IMG/VR virus record: IMGVR_UViG_3300035185_000031
DNA from: an uncultured virus (IMG/VR IMGVR_UViG_3300035185_000031)
Lineage: Duplodnaviria; Heunggongvirae; Uroviricota; Caudoviricetes
Reading direction: 5' to 3' (one strand)
Length of the DNA stretch: 62,987 bases
A program made the translations under genes and the position numbers. This document shows, in pieces, positions 52,712-60,646 of this stretch (within the stretch, counting starts at the first letter, position 1; the number at the start of each line of letters is the position of its first letter). The notes beneath the pieces were generated by a model, which was not told the DNA's origin, ran no database searches, and was given only the letters and a program-made list of their open reading frames with translations.

Positions 52712-53499
52712 CAGTTGAGCTGCTCTTTCTTGGCGGCTTCGATCTTGGCCTCTTCGCACCTGTGGCAGGTCTTGCACTGGAGACACGTGGGAGCCCCGCA
52801 CTTCGCGCACGGATCTCCTCGTAGAAGCACCTCCTCAACCTGTCCCTTGATACGTTCGTGCAGCATCTCCTGAGCTTGGTGGTAATGCTGTTCCCTGCTG
52901 CGAGCAATCTGCTCTATGTCCTCGTCCTCGTGCGCGTCCAAGTAGGCGCTCACCTCCTTAGGAGAACCGAGTCGCTCTGCGATACGCATACCCAGCACGA
53001 GCAAATCTCCGATCGCTGCCAGAACCGTCCCTTCGTTCACGATGGTAGCTAGCTCTGTAGATCCTTCCAAGCGAGTGAAGGCTTTCAACGAGCGCCCGTA
53101 CTCCATGACGAAGCGCAGGATGAGTCGGTGGCTCAACTTGAGGCCCTTCTCGTCCGCTTTCGACGCTGTTGACTGAGAAGCGCTGGCAGGGCTCGATGCT
53201 TCTTCAGAGGCAAAGCCACCTGTGCCGTCGGGAGCCGTCGTACCATCTACAGGTACTAGGCACGATGTCGCGGTTCGGTCCTTGTGCTGCTCACACACGT
53301 ACAAGGAGACTGAAGGGATCAAAGCCACGTAGTTGGCCGGCTTGTCGCAGTAGGCGCAGACCAGATCTTCTTCATCAGCGAAGAAGACCTGGTAGGCGTG
53401 TTCCCGAGAGCACTTTTTGCAGACGACCTCCCCGGGCCCGGGTATCTCGAATTCCGTGCTCCCGCACCAGCAGCGGTGCTTCATGATCAGCTTTGACAT
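52711..53499 (-). CDS. Multi-Zn-finger hypothetical protein
   Basis: CWCG..CKKC, CAYC..CEQH, CAKC...CLQC..CHRC. Confidence 0.7.
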   Translation of the reverse strand: MSKLIMKHRCWCGSTEFEIPGPGEVVCKKCSREHAYQVFFADEEDLVCAYCDKPANYVALIPSVSLYVCEQHKDRTATSCLVPVDGTTAPDGTGGFASEEASSPASASQSTASKADEKGLKLSHRLILRFVMEYGRSLKAFTRLEGSTELATIVNEGTVLAAIGDLLVLGMRIAERLGSPKEVSAYLDAHEDEDIEQIARSREQHYHQAQEMLHERIKGQVEEVLLRGDPCAKCGAPTCLQCKTCHRCEEAKIEAAKKEQLN

Positions 53500-53502
53500 G
53501 TT

Positions 53503-53736
53503 CTACTCTGCGTCCTCTCTTCTTTCGTCCTCATCGTCTTCCTCATCCGCACCAGTCGACAAGTAGAACACGTGTCCCTTGTCCATCGTGCACTCCCAGC
53601 GCTCGACATCTCCATCGTACACCTCGGCGGAACTGTCGCGATCTGCCGCGAGATAGTAGAAGACCTCCTCGTCGTCCTCGAACTTGTCCTGGAACGGAGT
53701 CCGTATCGCAGGAGCAGAGCAGCAGGGACAGATCAC
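53503..53736 (-). CDS. Small acidic Zn-ribbon protein
   Basis: CPCC...WEC...H. Confidence 0.6.
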   Translation of the reverse strand: MICPCCSAPAIRTPFQDKFEDDEEVFYYLAADRDSSAEVYDGDVERWECTMDKGHVFYLSTGADEEDDEDERREDAE

Positions 53737-53957
53737 TTGAGCATCCCCATACGGGTCATGAGAGACTCGAAAGCGGAGGTCACTAGATCGGAACCTTTCT
53801 CGCCCGCGCTACTCAGAATGTAGAACAAGTCGAGTGGCCTGAGCTTCTTGTTCAGCACCCTCTTGTCCAGCGTGATGACGCTATCGCTGATCTCCTCGCC
53901 GTCCATCGCGTAGCATACGACGCGGATCTGCGGGAGCTTAGGTAGTCGCTTGGCCAC
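53733..53957 (-). CDS. Hypothetical protein
   Basis: Coupled ORF with RBS. Confidence 0.6.
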   Translation of the reverse strand: MAKRLPKLPQIRVVCYAMDGEEISDSVITLDKRVLNKKLRPLDLFYILSSAGEKGSDLVTSAFESLMTRMGMLK

Positions 53958-53980
53958 GGGCTTCCTTTCTGCGCTCTAGC

Positions 53981-54295
53981 TCAGTTGGGCTTTTCGTCAC
54001 GGGGACGTACCTCAATGGTTACGGAACTAGGATCTAGTAGCGCATGTAGTATCGCTGCGCGTTGTCGAGAGTACTCTCTCATGACCTCGGCATGCTTCAC
54101 GCGCTCTTCGGCTCTCTCAGCCTTCCCTTCGGCGTAGTCTCGATCGATCTCGGCTAGATCTGCTCGAAGTCGAGCAGCACTCAGTTCCCGTAGTGCACGA
54201 CTCCAAAAGATGCAGGTAACGACGGCGAGACCGGATAGTACTACGACCAGCACCACGAGTATTGCGATCGTGCGCTCTGCTACGTCAGGAGTCAC
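53981..54295 (-). CDS. N-terminal TM + coiled-coil protein
   Basis: TIAILVVLVVVLSGLAVVTCIFW. Confidence 0.6.
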   Translation of the reverse strand: MTPDVAERTIAILVVLVVVLSGLAVVTCIFWSRALRELSAARLRADLAEIDRDYAEGKAERAEERVKHAEVMREYSRQRAAILHALLDPSSVTIEVRPRDEKPN

Positions 54296-54894
54296 CGAGA
54301 CCTCTTGTGCTTCATGCGAGGGATAGAATCGAGCTTCGGTACGAGCGCGTGTAGTGCTCCCCGCTGAGAAGCTGAAAGCCCTTCACTGATCCGAAGGAAG
54401 TAGGGATCTGTCAACCACTCCGCGAGCTGCTTGTTGCCTCGCTTGCGATTGCACTTCTTGCACGCAGCGATCATGTTCTCTTCGGTGCTCGGTCCGCCCT
54501 CTTCCCAAAGCACGAGGTGGTCCACAGTCAGAGGCGCGTCATCCTTGCCGCAGTAGCGACAGGTGTAGTCGTCTCTACGAAACACACGCCATGACACGAC
54601 CTGATCGATCTGCCTAGCGCTCTTTCGAAGGATAGCCTTCGTCGTGGTGCCGTCCTTTGCTTGGACCAGCACCTCGGTCTCCATGAGGTCGGTCTGACGA
54701 AGGAAGCGCTGCCAGTCGTCCGCATCCATTTCCAAGAGGCTTGTGTCGAGGAACTCGACTCCTCGAACTTCGCCCCGAGGCACCTCTTCGCCGGGGAACA
54801 TGCAGAGGTACGTCTTGCCCTCGCCCTGCCAGATCGCCCCCACGAGTTGCACCGTGTTTCCGAACTGGAGAAGGTTCACGTCGTCGAGCTTCAT
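54292..54894 (-). CDS. HNH endonuclease domain protein
   Basis: VF.RD...C.YCG...LTVDH......GG.....N...AC..CN..RG. Confidence 0.88.
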   Translation of the reverse strand: MKLDDVNLLQFGNTVQLVGAIWQGEGKTYLCMFPGEEVPRGEVRGVEFLDTSLLEMDADDWQRFLRQTDLMETEVLVQAKDGTTTKAILRKSARQIDQVVSWRVFRRDDYTCRYCGKDDAPLTVDHLVLWEEGGPSTEENMIAACKKCNRKRGNKQLAEWLTDPYFLRISEGLSASQRGALHALVPKLDSIPRMKHKRSR

Positions 54895-55130
54895 CGGGGG
54901 TATCCATCGAAGGAAGTGCAAGTCTCGTATAGGTATCGTACGAGCTTGTGTTCTGGATGATCTCGAATGAACCCGTCCGCCTGTCGCCGATCCAGAAAGT
55001 GCCAAGCGAGACTCGCGTGCCAGGTAAAGTCGAGCTTCTCTCGCTTCCCAGAAAGCGACGGGGCGTTCACGACGAATTGCTCGTCGAGTGTTCCTACGAG
55101 GAAGTAGTCAGCGACTTTCGGAACGGTCAT
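54891..55130 (-). CDS. Hypothetical protein
   Basis: Start refined to MTVPK. Confidence 0.55.
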   Translation of the reverse strand: MTVPKVADYFLVGTLDEQFVVNAPSLSGKREKLDFTWHASLAWHFLDRRQADGFIRDHPEHKLVRYLYETCTSFDGYPR

Positions 55131-55411
55131 CAACCGACCTCCGGAGTGAGGAGATCTCTCTCCTCTACTTCCATGACCACGAGGCTGATCGACTCTTCTG
55201 CGATGTACTTCTTTGTGATCAGATTCTTCGGTTGCAGCGCGAGGAAGTCCGACTCTATGACGGGCAGGGGTCCTATCTGCAAGCGGTCGCCCTCCAGCCA
55301 TGAGTAGTCGATGCCTTCGTGAAGCAGCATCCCGTTCAGGTAGACCTCGGGATCTGCGTCGAAGGCGCGCACACGCTTGAAGCGTTCGTCTTTCAAGACC
55401 ACAGCGCTCAC
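55130..55411 (-). CDS. Small protein with tail/baseplate-type VYLNG..L..G.DY motif
   Basis: EVYLNGMLLHEGIDYS. Confidence 0.6.
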   Translation of the reverse strand: MSAVVLKDERFKRVRAFDADPEVYLNGMLLHEGIDYSWLEGDRLQIGPLPVIESDFLALQPKNLITKKYIAEESISLVVMEVEERDLLTPEVG

Positions 55412-55421
55412 GGGAGAGGTC

Positions 55422-56363
55422 TCAGTCGAGAATGCTCAGGAAGACCTCCGAGCGCTCGACGTCTCGGACCAAGTCCTCGGGAAGGGACTTGAGCCCCGTA
55501 CGCGAGGCCACGATGGCCCCAGCAAGCGTTCCCAGGGAGTCGGAGTCCCCCTTGCTGGTCACGCCGCGGAGCATGGCTCCCTTGGGATCCTCGGGGAAGC
55601 AGGCGAACAGGTAGACCGTCGCAGCGATGGCATCATGGGCTGCCCAGCCCTCGTACCGAGAGAGCACCACGTCCGCGTGAGTCCCGGCCTTGGCCTGCTC
55701 CCAAGCATCCGTCATCATCTCAGCCGTCTGCTCGCTATAACGCGCCGCAGCAGCGATCATCTCCTGGATGACCTCGTCCACGGGGACGTCCCTCAGGTTG
55801 AGGGCCACCCCCCTCGCCATGGCGGCACAGGCAGCCAGCGCGATGGGGTCCCGATGGGTCATGGCCGAGTGCGCCACGGCCAGCCTCTCCGCCTCGTCCG
55901 GCTCGAAGAAGAGCCCAAAGGGGTAGCAGCGCATGACCGACCCACAGCCGCCCGCAGAGGGGCCTCCAGCCTCTCTCCAGGGCACTCCGCTGCCCAGGGC
56001 CCGGCAACCGCTCATACAGGCTCCTCCGGGCGCTCTGTGGCCTCCCTGGGGGTTTCTGGCCCACTCCACGAAGCCCTCAGCCATCTTCTCGAACATGTGC
56101 TCCTCGTCCAAGTCGGCCAACTGGGCACTCAGGATGGTTCGGAGGACCACCTCCGCCATCTGGGTGTCGTCGGTGTAGGGGGAGTACTCCTTGCCCGTCT
56201 CGGGGTCCTTCCGCCAGAGAGAGAAGCCCTGAACGCCATCCACCCCGTACTTCTCGTAGATCGAGGACAGGGACATGAACTCGGTCGGGTGTCCGAGGGC
56301 ATCGCCGATAGCTCCGGCGAGAATGGTCCCAAGTCGACGGTCGCGGAGGGTCTCTTCATTCAT
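55422..56363 (-). CDS. ADP-ribosylglycohydrolase (ARH/DraG family)
   Basis: GAIGDALG.P.EF, YTDDTQM, G.GSVMR..P, S..TH, GDSDS....AGA. Confidence 0.93.
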   Translation of the reverse strand: MNEETLRDRRLGTILAGAIGDALGHPTEFMSLSSIYEKYGVDGVQGFSLWRKDPETGKEYSPYTDDTQMAEVVLRTILSAQLADLDEEHMFEKMAEGFVEWARNPQGGHRAPGGACMSGCRALGSGVPWREAGGPSAGGCGSVMRCYPFGLFFEPDEAERLAVAHSAMTHRDPIALAACAAMARGVALNLRDVPVDEVIQEMIAAAARYSEQTAEMMTDAWEQAKAGTHADVVLSRYEGWAAHDAIAATVYLFACFPEDPKGAMLRGVTSKGDSDSLGTLAGAIVASRTGLKSLPEDLVRDVERSEVFLSILD

Positions 56364-56372
56364 AGTGATCTG

Positions 56373-56401
56373 ACCCTACCGTATATCTTTGGAATTGTCA
56401 A
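56373..56401 (-). promoter_or_regulatory. sigma70-like promoter
   Basis: TTGACA-17bp-TAGGGT-9bp-ATG. Confidence 0.75.
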
Positions 56402-56697
56402 GGAAGAGAACTGTTCGGATCTTTTGGTACCCGTTTCCAGCCCTTTGGAGGAGATTCGCCATCGGCTAGGGAGACTGAGAGTACCTGCCCGGGTCCGTAC
56501 GGATGCCGGCGTGCTGCTACGTGATAGGGACAACACGCAGGACAGTCACACTCTTCGAGGTGGAGGGTGACGGTGGTTTTGATCATGACCTTGGAGACCT
56601 GGAGAGGGACGTACGGCGTGTAGATCACACCCGACTTGGCGCACTCCTGCGCCTGTTCCTCAGTCATCAACATGTCGATGTAGTCGAATAGGCCCAT
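56398..56697 (-). CDS. Small protein with gp23-like C-terminal capsid motif plus Cys cluster
   Basis: SGVIYTPYVPLQV resembles gp23 (D/E)AGxxYxPYVPLQ; CDCPAC. Confidence 0.62.
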   Translation of the reverse strand: MGLFDYIDMLMTEEQAQECAKSGVIYTPYVPLQVSKVMIKTTVTLHLEECDCPACCPYHVAARRHPYGPGQVLSVSLADGESPPKGWKRVPKDPNSSLP

Positions 56698-57101
56698 CAG
56701 AATAGATCCGGCAGTGCACAGCAGCAGGGTTTGGTGTTGCAGTCAGGACATCCTGACCATTGATAGTCTTCTTCGTATGGCGTCGTCATACGATGCATCC
56801 TTTCTTGATCGGCTTCGGCCTGCGCCTCGGTAGGCGAGGGAGTATCGACAGCGAGCATCTCCGGATTCGCCATCGTAGCGTTCGACGGAGCGAGTGTCTC
56901 GGGACGAGGCGCCTCGCGTCTCTGGGTATGCTTGTTCAAGGGCTCCAAGATGAAGGGACCGTGGTGTTTCAGGTCTTCGTAGCCCTCCGAACCCTCTGCC
57001 ACCAGCTCTATCTCTATCGTGACCGGGCCCGGACCCATGTAGCTACTGTAAGCAGACATCGCTGACTGCTCCATTCGAAATTGCCGAATGTAGACGATCA
57101 C
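56697..57101 (-). CDS. Hypothetical protein with C-terminal CxxC...CCC
   Basis: Coupled ORF. Confidence 0.6.
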   Translation of the reverse strand: MIVYIRQFRMEQSAMSAYSSYMGPGPVTIEIELVAEGSEGYEDLKHHGPFILEPLNKHTQRREAPRPETLAPSNATMANPEMLAVDTPSPTEAQAEADQERMHRMTTPYEEDYQWSGCPDCNTKPCCCALPDLF

Positions 57102-57772
57102 GCTTCCTGCATTCTCACCCAGTCGAGCATCTTCTGGGCATCACGCTTCAAGCAATCGAGGTAGGCGTCCCGGACCCAGTGCGCATCCTGCAAGGCGTGG
57201 TGCTTCGGAATGGGTTGCTCGATCAGGCGCTCGTTTCCGGACATGACTGCGAATTGCTTCAGGTCCATGAAGTGGTGCGGCCAACCGCTAGGGAGATCGA
57301 TCATGCGTCCGAAGAGCTGACAGACGACAACCCAGTCGTAGGCGCCGTGGTACATCCAGAACTCGGGACGGTTCCCCTTCGGGGTGTGTTCCTGGATGAA
57401 GGCGCACAAGTGCGATCTCAAGTCGAGCTTCGTCGCCCAGGGCAGCAGAGGCTTTGGAACTATCTCCGCTTCTCCGTAGGCAGGCCGAACTAGGTGAGCC
57501 CGACTACACTGGCGTGATGACAGGTAGTAGCAATGCCCAGCGTCCTTGTGACGACGCATCATCGAAAACCACGGATCTTTCCGTAGCTCCCACTTCTTCT
57601 CCGGCAGGTGAGGCAACACATGAGCGCGTACCCAATCACCGGAACGCGAGAGATCGCAATCGCTGTTGCAGAGATACAGCTCATGGCCATCGTCCGAAAC
57701 GACTCCGATGGAGATCAACTCGATGGTTTGTCCGTCTTCGATGAATTCAGTGTCGAGAAAGAACCGGCTCAC
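57098..57772 (-). CDS. DEDDh 3'-5' exoribonuclease (Rv2179c/RNase AS-like)
   Basis: FLDTEF, LISIG.V, WV..HVLP.L, AYDWV...QLFG.M..LP, H.AL.DA. Confidence 0.88.
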   Translation of the reverse strand: MSRFFLDTEFIEDGQTIELISIGVVSDDGHELYLCNSDCDLSRSGDWVRAHVLPHLPEKKWELRKDPWFSMMRRHKDAGHCYYLSSRQCSRAHLVRPAYGEAEIVPKPLLPWATKLDLRSHLCAFIQEHTPKGNRPEFWMYHGAYDWVVVCQLFGRMIDLPSGWPHHFMDLKQFAVMSGNERLIEQPIPKHHALQDAHWVRDAYLDCLKRDAQKMLDWVRMQEA

Positions 57773-57790
57773 CTATTCCTCCGTCCGTGG

Positions 57791-57812
57791 GATGCGTCCA
57801 TATGGACGCATC
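57791..57812. repeat. Perfect palindrome, copy 3
   Basis: GATGCGTCCATATGGACGCATC, between dcd and the exonuclease gene. Confidence 0.95.
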
Positions 57813-57816
57813 GGGT

Positions 57817-58371
57817 TCAGGGCCGGTACCGCGAGGGGACTGCGCCCACCGCAGCCTCTCCGATGTACTTGCTGCCTCGTTCTTTTCCGTAGGGGCGCTT
57901 GGCCGGGCTCGTCATCTGCTCCAGCGAGAGCTGACAGACTCGCATACCGACGTGAAGTCGAAGAGGCGAAGGATTGAAGTTCGTCATCTCCAATGTGATC
58001 TGTCCCTCGAATCCCGGGTCCACGAAACCTGCGGTGACGTGGATGATGAGACCCAAGCGACCTAAGCTACTGCGTCCCTCGACACGCCCCACAAGATCGT
58101 TGGGCATGCGAATCGTTTCCGCAGTAGAAGCGAGCACGAACTCCCACGGCTCGATTACGAAGGAGTCTTCAGTGGTGACGCGGTCCAGCTCCTGAACGGG
58201 ATCGGCCAAGTCAATCACCCCAACGTGCGACTTGCGCACCCGTATGAAGTTCTTGTCGAGTCGAAGGTCCACACTCGCTGGTTGGACCTGTAACTTGGAA
58301 TTGATCAAGGGGTGTATGACGAGGTCTCCGCTCTCCAAGCGAGTCTCGATGTCACCGTCTGATAGAATCAT
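57817..58371 (-). CDS. dcd: dCTP deaminase
   Basis: MILSD, QPASVDLRL, EGRSSLGRLGL..H.TAG.VDPGF.G.ITLE, CQL, Y. Confidence 0.95.
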   Translation of the reverse strand: MILSDGDIETRLESGDLVIHPLINSKLQVQPASVDLRLDKNFIRVRKSHVGVIDLADPVQELDRVTTEDSFVIEPWEFVLASTAETIRMPNDLVGRVEGRSSLGRLGLIIHVTAGFVDPGFEGQITLEMTNFNPSPLRLHVGMRVCQLSLEQMTSPAKRPYGKERGSKYIGEAAVGAVPSRYRP

Positions 58372-58865
58372 CCCTGAGGCCCTTGCTGTTGTTCTGCCAC
58401 TCTGTCGTACTCTTTCTCCACCAACCCCATGAGGCGTCCGATCTCTTCCGGACCTCCGTGGTCGATGCTGCCGTCATCCGCCATGCGCGTTCGAGCGATG
58501 TGCAACAGGACCTCTACCTTGTGTAGGATCTTCGTGTAGCGATCCAAACGCTGTTTCAACCCGCTCAGCTCTTGGCTCTTCTCCCGAAGTTCCTTGGATC
58601 GACGCCCGATAATATCTTCCTGGTCGCGCAGCTTCTTCTCCAAGCGCTCGTTCTCAAGCTGAACCTTCTGCAAGATCGATAGCTGACCGTCCGCATCTCT
58701 ATGAAGAAACATGCGTAGCTCCCTGTTCTCCTGAACGAGAGCAAGGGAGATCTTCGCGAGAGCGTCGTCGGGATCGTCTTCCAGGGCGGCTTGCGCCCAC
58801 ATCTCGACCTCATCGATCGCCTCGGGAGTCAAAACCGGAGCGCTTGTGAAACCAGCTTGCGGCAT
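58368..58865 (-). CDS. Coiled-coil hypothetical protein
   Basis: ORF with its own promoter. Confidence 0.7.
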   Translation of the reverse strand: MPQAGFTSAPVLTPEAIDEVEMWAQAALEDDPDDALAKISLALVQENRELRMFLHRDADGQLSILQKVQLENERLEKKLRDQEDIIGRRSKELREKSQELSGLKQRLDRYTKILHKVEVLLHIARTRMADDGSIDHGGPEEIGRLMGLVEKEYDRVAEQQQGPQG

Positions 58866-58875
58866 GTGTTGCCGG

Positions 58876-58904
58876 AAGCTATCACATACTTATCGGATAG
58901 CCAA
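58876..58904 (-). promoter_or_regulatory. sigma70-like promoter
   Basis: TTGGCT-17bp-TAGCTT. Confidence 0.55.
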
Positions 58905-58909
58905 TGGGG

Positions 58910-59863
58910 CTACTTCTTCGGCGTTTTTTCCGCCATCGGCGGCTGAACGACAGACTCGGGCGCGTCTACCACACGCGCTCCCGGAGGCAGCTTCAGCGGA
59001 ATCTCGATAGCCTTCGGTGACGGAGCTTCCACCACCTTATGAGCAGGCTTCGGGGCAGGAGGTGCTGAGAAGGAGGAGGACGACTTGCGCTTCTTGGACG
59101 CTTTGGACTTCTTCGCCTCGGTTACCTTCGCCTTGTACGTCTTCGGAAGAATCACAACCTTCGCAGCGCCCGTCTCATCGACCTCGATGTCGATGTTTGC
59201 TTTTTGATCTGCGGCTTCCTTGACCTCGGCCACACTCTCTTTGGTTTCTTTCGCGTCGGTCTTCACCGTCACCAACTCGTCTTTGAGCTTCTGAAGCTCA
59301 ACGAGAAGCTCTTTGTTCTTCTTTCGATCTATCTTCTGGTCAGCGAGTGCACCTTCGAAGCGGTAGAGGAGAACAGACTGACCAGCCACTACTAGGAACA
59401 GCAGTCCAACCCCGAGGTTGATCCTTGCGGTAGCCTTGTCGAAAACTCCGATGATGTAAAAGAGTGCGTCAGTGATCGTGTCCGCGTAGTGCGTGAACGT
59501 GTTCATCCCCTGCGTCGCATCTTCTTCTCCGGACTCGACGAGAGAGACTCGATCCTCCTTGGGAGCTTTCTCGTCCGGCGGAGGAGGGCTCGCGGGAACT
59601 GCAACCGGAGCCCCTCTGATAGGCTTTGGCATAGGCATGACGGTCTTGGCCTTCTCTTCTGCGCGCTCCGTCATAGTCTTCTTGCCGGAGGCGATGCTCT
59701 CCGCAGCGACACTCGTGCTCAACGTCTTGCTCAGATCGAAACGATGTGATCCGGATACGGAAGAGGCTTTCTGGGACGGTACCGATTCGATCTTCGAGGC
59801 GGATTCATCCTGCGGAGGACTTGAACTCGGGTCGGTGGGGGATTTTGATCTTTTGTCCGTCAT
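58910..59863 (-). CDS. Membrane-anchored coiled-coil protein
   Basis: Central TM INLGVGLLFLVVAG, coiled coil, Pro/Lys-rich tails. Confidence 0.65.
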   Translation of the reverse strand: MTDKRSKSPTDPSSSPPQDESASKIESVPSQKASSVSGSHRFDLSKTLSTSVAAESIASGKKTMTERAEEKAKTVMPMPKPIRGAPVAVPASPPPPDEKAPKEDRVSLVESGEEDATQGMNTFTHYADTITDALFYIIGVFDKATARINLGVGLLFLVVAGQSVLLYRFEGALADQKIDRKKNKELLVELQKLKDELVTVKTDAKETKESVAEVKEAADQKANIDIEVDETGAAKVVILPKTYKAKVTEAKKSKASKKRKSSSSFSAPPAPKPAHKVVEAPSPKAIEIPLKLPPGARVVDAPESVVQPPMAEKTPKK

Positions 59864-60047
59864 CAGCTTCCTCCGGATGGAATGTAGCACGCATTTTCGT
59901 CCGGCGGTCCGCTTGATCGCCTGCGGCGCGTTCCATATCCATCCTCACTGCCGCAGCGCGCCGCCGCTGCTCTTCCAACTCTCGGATCACATCGTTGGAG
60001 CGTGAACCCAGGGTAAGCCAATCCTTGAACCAGGAAGCGAAACTCAT
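59805..60047 (-). CDS. Hypothetical protein
   Basis: MSFASWFKDWL amphipathic start, then coiled coil. Confidence 0.5.
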   Translation of the reverse strand: MSFASWFKDWLTLGSRSNDVIRELEEQRRRAAAVRMDMERAAGDQADRRTKMRATFHPEEADDGQKIKIPHRPEFKSSAG

Positions 60048-60052
60048 GGCGA

Positions 60053-60424
60053 TCACCCGTTGAGTCCTTTTGCGGCTGCAATGAACTCCGCCTGTCTTTC
60101 GCGAAGCTTCCCCAGTTCTTCTTTGGTCCCTGTCACATCGGCCTTCAACTCCACGCACGTGGTGCGTAGCGCGTCTGACGATCTGTTCGTTTCGACGACG
60201 AGATTTGTAGCCGCGTCGTTGATAGCCTTGAGATCTGCACCGTAGCCCTTGGCGTCTGCAAGACGATCTTCCATCGAAGTCTTCCAGTTCTTCGTGACCC
60301 AAATGAGCGCGAGGATGAGAAGACTGGCTACGAGCCCTAGGACCCCTTGCTTGGCTAGCTCCGAGATCCCATCGACAGCTCCCCCTCCGGAGTCGGCAGC
60401 TGATGCAAGGGCGTGCATGGGCAT
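60053..60424 (-). CDS. Single-TM coiled-coil protein (holin-like)
   Basis: LAKQGVLGLVASLLILALIWV followed by coiled coil; near the PG-binding gene. Confidence 0.55.
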   Translation of the reverse strand: MPMHALASAADSGGGAVDGISELAKQGVLGLVASLLILALIWVTKNWKTSMEDRLADAKGYGADLKAINDAATNLVVETNRSSDALRTTCVELKADVTGTKEELGKLRERQAEFIAAAKGLNG

Positions 60425-60429
60425 ACAGG

Positions 60430-60633
60430 TTACCCGAAGTCGTAGTCGGTTTCAGCCTCCTCCTTTGAGACCAACCGTGTTCGTTCGTAAGCGACCTTCG
60501 CCTGACGTTCCAACGCCTTGACCGTCTTGCGGTGCTCCTTCCGATCCAAGGCAGCTTGCGCACGGCGTTGATAGCGATTCGGCTCGACTTTTGGTCCTTC
60601 GTCGGATTTCGTGTGTATGGGGAAGCCCTTCAT
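60430..60633 (-). CDS. Small basic protein
   Basis: PNRYQRR motif. Confidence 0.5.
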   Translation of the reverse strand: MKGFPIHTKSDEGPKVEPNRYQRRAQAALDRKEHRKTVKALERQAKVAYERTRLVSKEEAETDYDFG

Positions 60634-60646
60634 CTTCTGCTGCCTC

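Noticed and set aside
55377..56570. 397-aa plus-strand ORF
   Set aside because: Antisense shadow of the ARH gene
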